NCBI RefSeq assembly: GCF_020745735.1
Contig: NC_083415.1
Location: forward strand, 31,610,964 to 31,674,963
Origin: Hemiscyllium ocellatum
Lineage: Eukaryota
Length of the DNA: 64,000 nt
Direction: 5' to 3'
Shown: positions 61,680 to 64,000 of the stretch, in pieces
How positions within the stretch are numbered: the stretch's first letter is position 1
Layout of the letters: every line of letters begins with the position of its first letter
The notes under the pieces: model-generated
What the model saw: the letters and a program-made list of their open reading frames with translations, nothing else
What the model was told of the DNA's origin: nothing
Databases searched by the model: none
Position numbers and translations under genes: made by a program

Positions 61680-62135
61680 AAAGAGTAAAGATTGAGAAAA
61701 TAAATTTTGACATTAAACTGACAAGTACTATCAAAACTATCAGCAGGGAAACCAGGAAATGGCAGAGGTGTTGAACAAATACTTTGCCTCAGTCTTCACA
61801 ATGGAGGGCACTAATTGTATTTTAAATAATAAATAACCAAGGGCATCTGGGAAAGGAATTAAACATAATAGCTATCACTAGAGGATAAGTGCTAGGCAAA
61901 CGAAGGAAGCTGAAGGCAAATAAGTCTCCTGGCTCTAAAGGATTGCATCCTAAGATATTAAAGGATGTAGCTACCAACATACCAGATGCAGTAATAGTAA
62001 TCTTCCAGGATTCCTTAGATTCTAGAAAAAAATCCAGGGGCTTTTGGACAACTGCATTCAGTTGTGGTCTTCTAGTTACACAAAAGAGGTTGTGAAACTT
62101 GTAAGGGTTCAGAAAAGATTTACAAAAATGTTTTG
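61680..62135 (+). mobile_element. CR1 LINE internal fragments
   Basis: EMAEVLNKYFASVFT, KSPGSKGLHPKILKD, KLVRVQKRFTKM. Confidence 0.7.
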
Positions 62136-63337
62136 GAGGTGCCAGTGTTGAACTGGGGTGTGCAAAGTTAAAAATCACACAACACCAGGTTATAGTCCAA
62201 CAGATTTATTTGGAAGCACTAGCTTTCGGAGTGCCGCTCCGTCATCAGGTGGTTGTGGAGCATATGATGATAGGACACAGAATTTATGTAACTCAAATTA
62301 TATATTGAAAAAGATCTGGATTGTTTGTTAAGTCTCTCATCTTTTAGAATGGGCATATTGATTTCATATGTAAATTCCAGAACTTTCTTAAAATTACATT
62401 CTCAATTGAACTTCAACAATAGGTGCCATGTTGGCCCAGATATCGCATTGAAGGTGTGTGAGGTGCCCTGTGTGAGACTGTCCGTGCCCCAATGTTCAGA
62501 CTGATTCTAATCTAAAAAAGGGATTTACAGAACCTAACATGGATTTATGCAGTTTCTGAGCAAAATAAAATGTAATTCTGCAAGTGCAAATTCACCCCAC
62601 AAACCTACCTGTGGTGTGTGTGCATGTGGGTATGTGTGCATGTGTGTGAGTGTGAATGTAAAGGTGTGTAAGTCTATGAGTGAGTGCGTGTGGGAGTGTA
62701 TGTGTGAGAGAGAGCTTATGTGTGAGAGACAGTCTGTGTAAGAAGTGTGTGTGTGTGTGTTTGTAGTGCTGTGGGATCACCTGTAGTGTGCTATGGACCC
62801 AAGGTCCTGGTTGAAGCCATCCCCATGGGTACCAAACTTGGCTATCAGTCTCCGCTCGGCCACTTTGCGTTGTTGCCTGTCCTGAAGTCTGTCTTGAAGG
62901 ATGGTCACCTGAAGGTCTGAAGTGAAATGTCCTGGACCGCTGAAGTGTTCTCAGACTGGGAGGGAACAGTCCTATCTGGCGATTGTTGTGCAGTGTTCTT
63001 TCATCCGTTGCCGTAGCCTCTGCTCGGTCTCACCAATGTCCCATGCCTCAGGGCATCCTTGCCTGCAGCGTATGAGATAGACAATGTTGGTTGAGCCGCA
63101 TGAATACCTGCCATGTACACGGTGGGAGGTGTCCCCACATGTAATGGTGGTATCCGTGTGGACACTCTGACACGTCTTGCAGCATCTACTGTGACAAGGT
63201 TGTATAATGTTGTCCTGAAAGCTGGGCAGATTGCTACGAACAATGATCTGTTTGGTGTTTGGTGGCTGTTTAAAGGCAAGAAGTGGAGGTGTGGGGAAGG
63301 TCTTGACAAAGTGCTCATCCACATCGATAATGTGTTG
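62135..63337 (-). mobile_element. PLE family C (Neptune-like) 3' part: GIY-YIG, microsatellite tract and pLTR
   Basis: ORF 62972-63322 CCKTC..YSCGSTNIVYLIRC..IGETEQRLRQRMKEH; pLTR at the left end. Confidence 0.9.
62217..62251 (-). ncRNA. Minimal type I hammerhead ribozyme motif (best-preserved copy in the window)
   Basis: - strand cac-CTGATGA-C-GGAG(cggca)CTCC-GAAA-GCTA-gtg: stem I cac/gtg, intact core, palindromic AGCT in place of stem III. Confidence 0.65.
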
Positions 63338-63344
63338 TCGGTTA

Positions 63345-64000
63345 CAATGACAGGGTACCTTTCACTGTCCAGTATTTCCCAGGAGCCAAAAAACTACATT
63401 ATGTTCTTCGCAGACTGCAACACATTATCAGTGAGGATGAGCACCTCGCCAAAATCTTCCCCACACTTTCACATCTCGCCTTTAAACAACTACCAAACAT
63501 CAAACAAATCATTGTTTGTAGCAATCTGCCCAGCTTTCAGGACATCACCATACAACCTTGTCACAGTAAATGCTGCAAGACGTGTCAGAGCATCCACACG
63601 GATACCACCATTACACATGGAGACACCTCCCACCATGTATGTGGCAGGTATTCATGTGACTCGGCCAATGTTGTCTATCTCATACACTGCGGGCAAGGAT
63701 GCCCTGAGGCACGGTACATTGGTGAGACCGATCAGAGGCTACAGCAACGGATAAATGGGCATCGCACAACAATCAACAGACAGGAGTGTTCCCTCCCAGT
63801 CGGAGAACACTTTAAGCGGTCTGGGACATTCGACCTTGAACCTTCGGGTGGACATTCTCTATAGCAGATTTCGGGACAGATAACAATGCAGAGTGGCCAC
63901 GCAGAGGCTGATAGCCAAGTTTGGTACCCATGGGGATGCCCTCAAGTGGGACCTTGGGTTCATGTCACACTATAGGTGACACCACTACACTATACACACA
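63345..64000 (+). mobile_element. Second PLE family C GIY-YIG region, inverted relative to the adjacent copy; runs off the window
   Basis: VPFTVQYFPGAKKL, YSCDSANVVYLIHC..YIGETDQRLQQRINGH, LPVGEHF. Confidence 0.9.

Noticed and set aside
1-64000. CRISPR arrays, rRNA genes or prokaryotic systems
   Set aside because: The sequence is vertebrate, with spliceosomal introns; no regularly spaced repeat-spacer array or rRNA similarity was seen

Overview
Vertebrate nuclear DNA, most likely from an elasmobranch (shark), inferred from HE1/V-SINE-like SINEs, HER1/CR1-type LINEs and Deu-domain SINE remnants. Three protein-coding genes are supported. (1) The 5' part of ARFRP1 on the - strand: two coding exons plus a likely non-coding exon 1 and promoter near 9.0-9.25 kb; the rest of the gene runs off the left edge. 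(2) A complete ZGPAT on the + strand, head-to-head with ARFRP1: six coding exons from 15557 to 39107, all splice phases consistent, 1524-nt CDS, 507 aa. (3) An intronless P2Y1-like GPCR on the - strand (58517-59545). Most of the remainder is transposable-element debris: CR1 and L2 LINEs, several SINE families, solo LTRs, MITEs and at least four Penelope-like element (PLE) families. The most interesting signal is in the PLEs. Each family carries its own minimal hammerhead-ribozyme motif (CTGANGA-N-stem II-GAAA-palindrome-NUH). Short copies have 11-15 bp target-site duplications (TSDs). Several 5' ends or inversion breakpoints fall at the predicted ribozyme cleavage site. Long head-to-head hairpins made from three different PLE families sit within a few hundred bp upstream of each of the three host genes. 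Repeat boundaries were read by eye and are approximate unless a TSD is quoted.
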